Shown: positions 63,686 through 64,000 of the stretch, one piece after another | Layout of the letters: every line of letters begins with the position of its first letter | Position numbering within the stretch: position 1 is the first letter of the stretch | IMG/VR virus record: IMGVR_UViG_3300033072_000343 | Location: 6,110-70,109 of that record | DNA: 64,000 nucleotides | Reading direction: 5' to 3' (one strand) | Origin: a virus | Lineage: Duplodnaviria > Caudoviricetes | Translations under genes and position numbers: made by a program | The notes under the pieces: generated by a model | Database searches by the model: none | Told to the model about the DNA's origin: nothing | The model's input: the letters and a program-made list of their open reading frames with translations, nothing else

Positions 63686-63972
63686 ACCCCACCACCCTTC
63701 CCGTGCATCAACTCCCACATCTCCTTCCCCGACAGCCACCTGACCGCAGCGGAGTTCACGATGGTGGCCTCGCCGTTTCTCCCGGTCAGAACGAACCCGG
63801 TGATGCGCGACTGGTCTCGCTCCATGATCGTGAGCGTCTTCTTCGCCGTCAGTGGTGACGGTGCAACCTCCATCACCTTGATCAGGTCGTCGTAGGTCAC
63901 GGCTTGGCCTCCTTGGCTTTGTTCCATGCTTCGGTGCAGTCGATTGAACATAATCGTTTGACAGTTATCCAT
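63682..63972 (-). CDS. Small hypothetical protein
   Basis: ORF track. Confidence 0.5.
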   Translation of the reverse strand: MDNCQTIMFNRLHRSMEQSQGGQAVTYDDLIKVMEVAPSPLTAKKTLTIMERDQSRITGFVLTGRNGEATIVNSAAVRWLSGKEMWELMHGKGGGV

Positions 63973-64000
63973 CTGTACATTTCATCCCCCGCCTCCTCCA

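Noticed and set aside
1-64000. CRISPR array, rRNA, IS transposase, alternative genetic code
   Set aside because: No regularly spaced repeats, rRNA or transposase motifs were seen. Core genes are intact under code 11 and TGA/TAG stops coincide with coupled starts.

Overview
The window is most of a ~58% GC tailed dsDNA bacteriophage genome with a podovirus-like layout (portal, scaffold, capsid, short-tail proteins, internal/ejection proteins). No host genes are recognisable. Blocks: (1) 1-9933, minus strand: DnaB, replication initiator, RuvC-like, RecE-like, Sak4-like, dNMP kinase, basic proteins, terminase large subunit. (2) 10003-45602, plus strand: morphogenesis, including a glycosyltransferase, two tail fibres (709 and 2456 aa) and a 3065-aa internal protein. 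(3) 45490-57084, minus strand: HTH, tRNA(CAU), PD-(D/E)XK endonuclease, SSB, tyrosine recombinase, gp88-like protein, class II glutamine amidotransferase, amidoligase, lysozyme-like protein and small early genes. (4) An ~850-bp non-coding region. (5) 57949-64000: DHH phosphoesterase, Tad2-like protein, ThyX and small genes. The strongest candidate for an undescribed system is at 45.9-47.0 kb: a free-standing I-Ssp6803I-like endonuclease sits beside a promoter-driven structured RNA containing an initiator-like tRNA-Met with a rewritten anticodon arm. Also notable are a genome-wide promoter class TTGACN-N17-TACACC with an overlapping 13-bp palindrome, a probable nested out-of-frame gene, and a u-spanin-like lipoprotein. 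All protein calls come from motif recognition by eye; no database searches were run.
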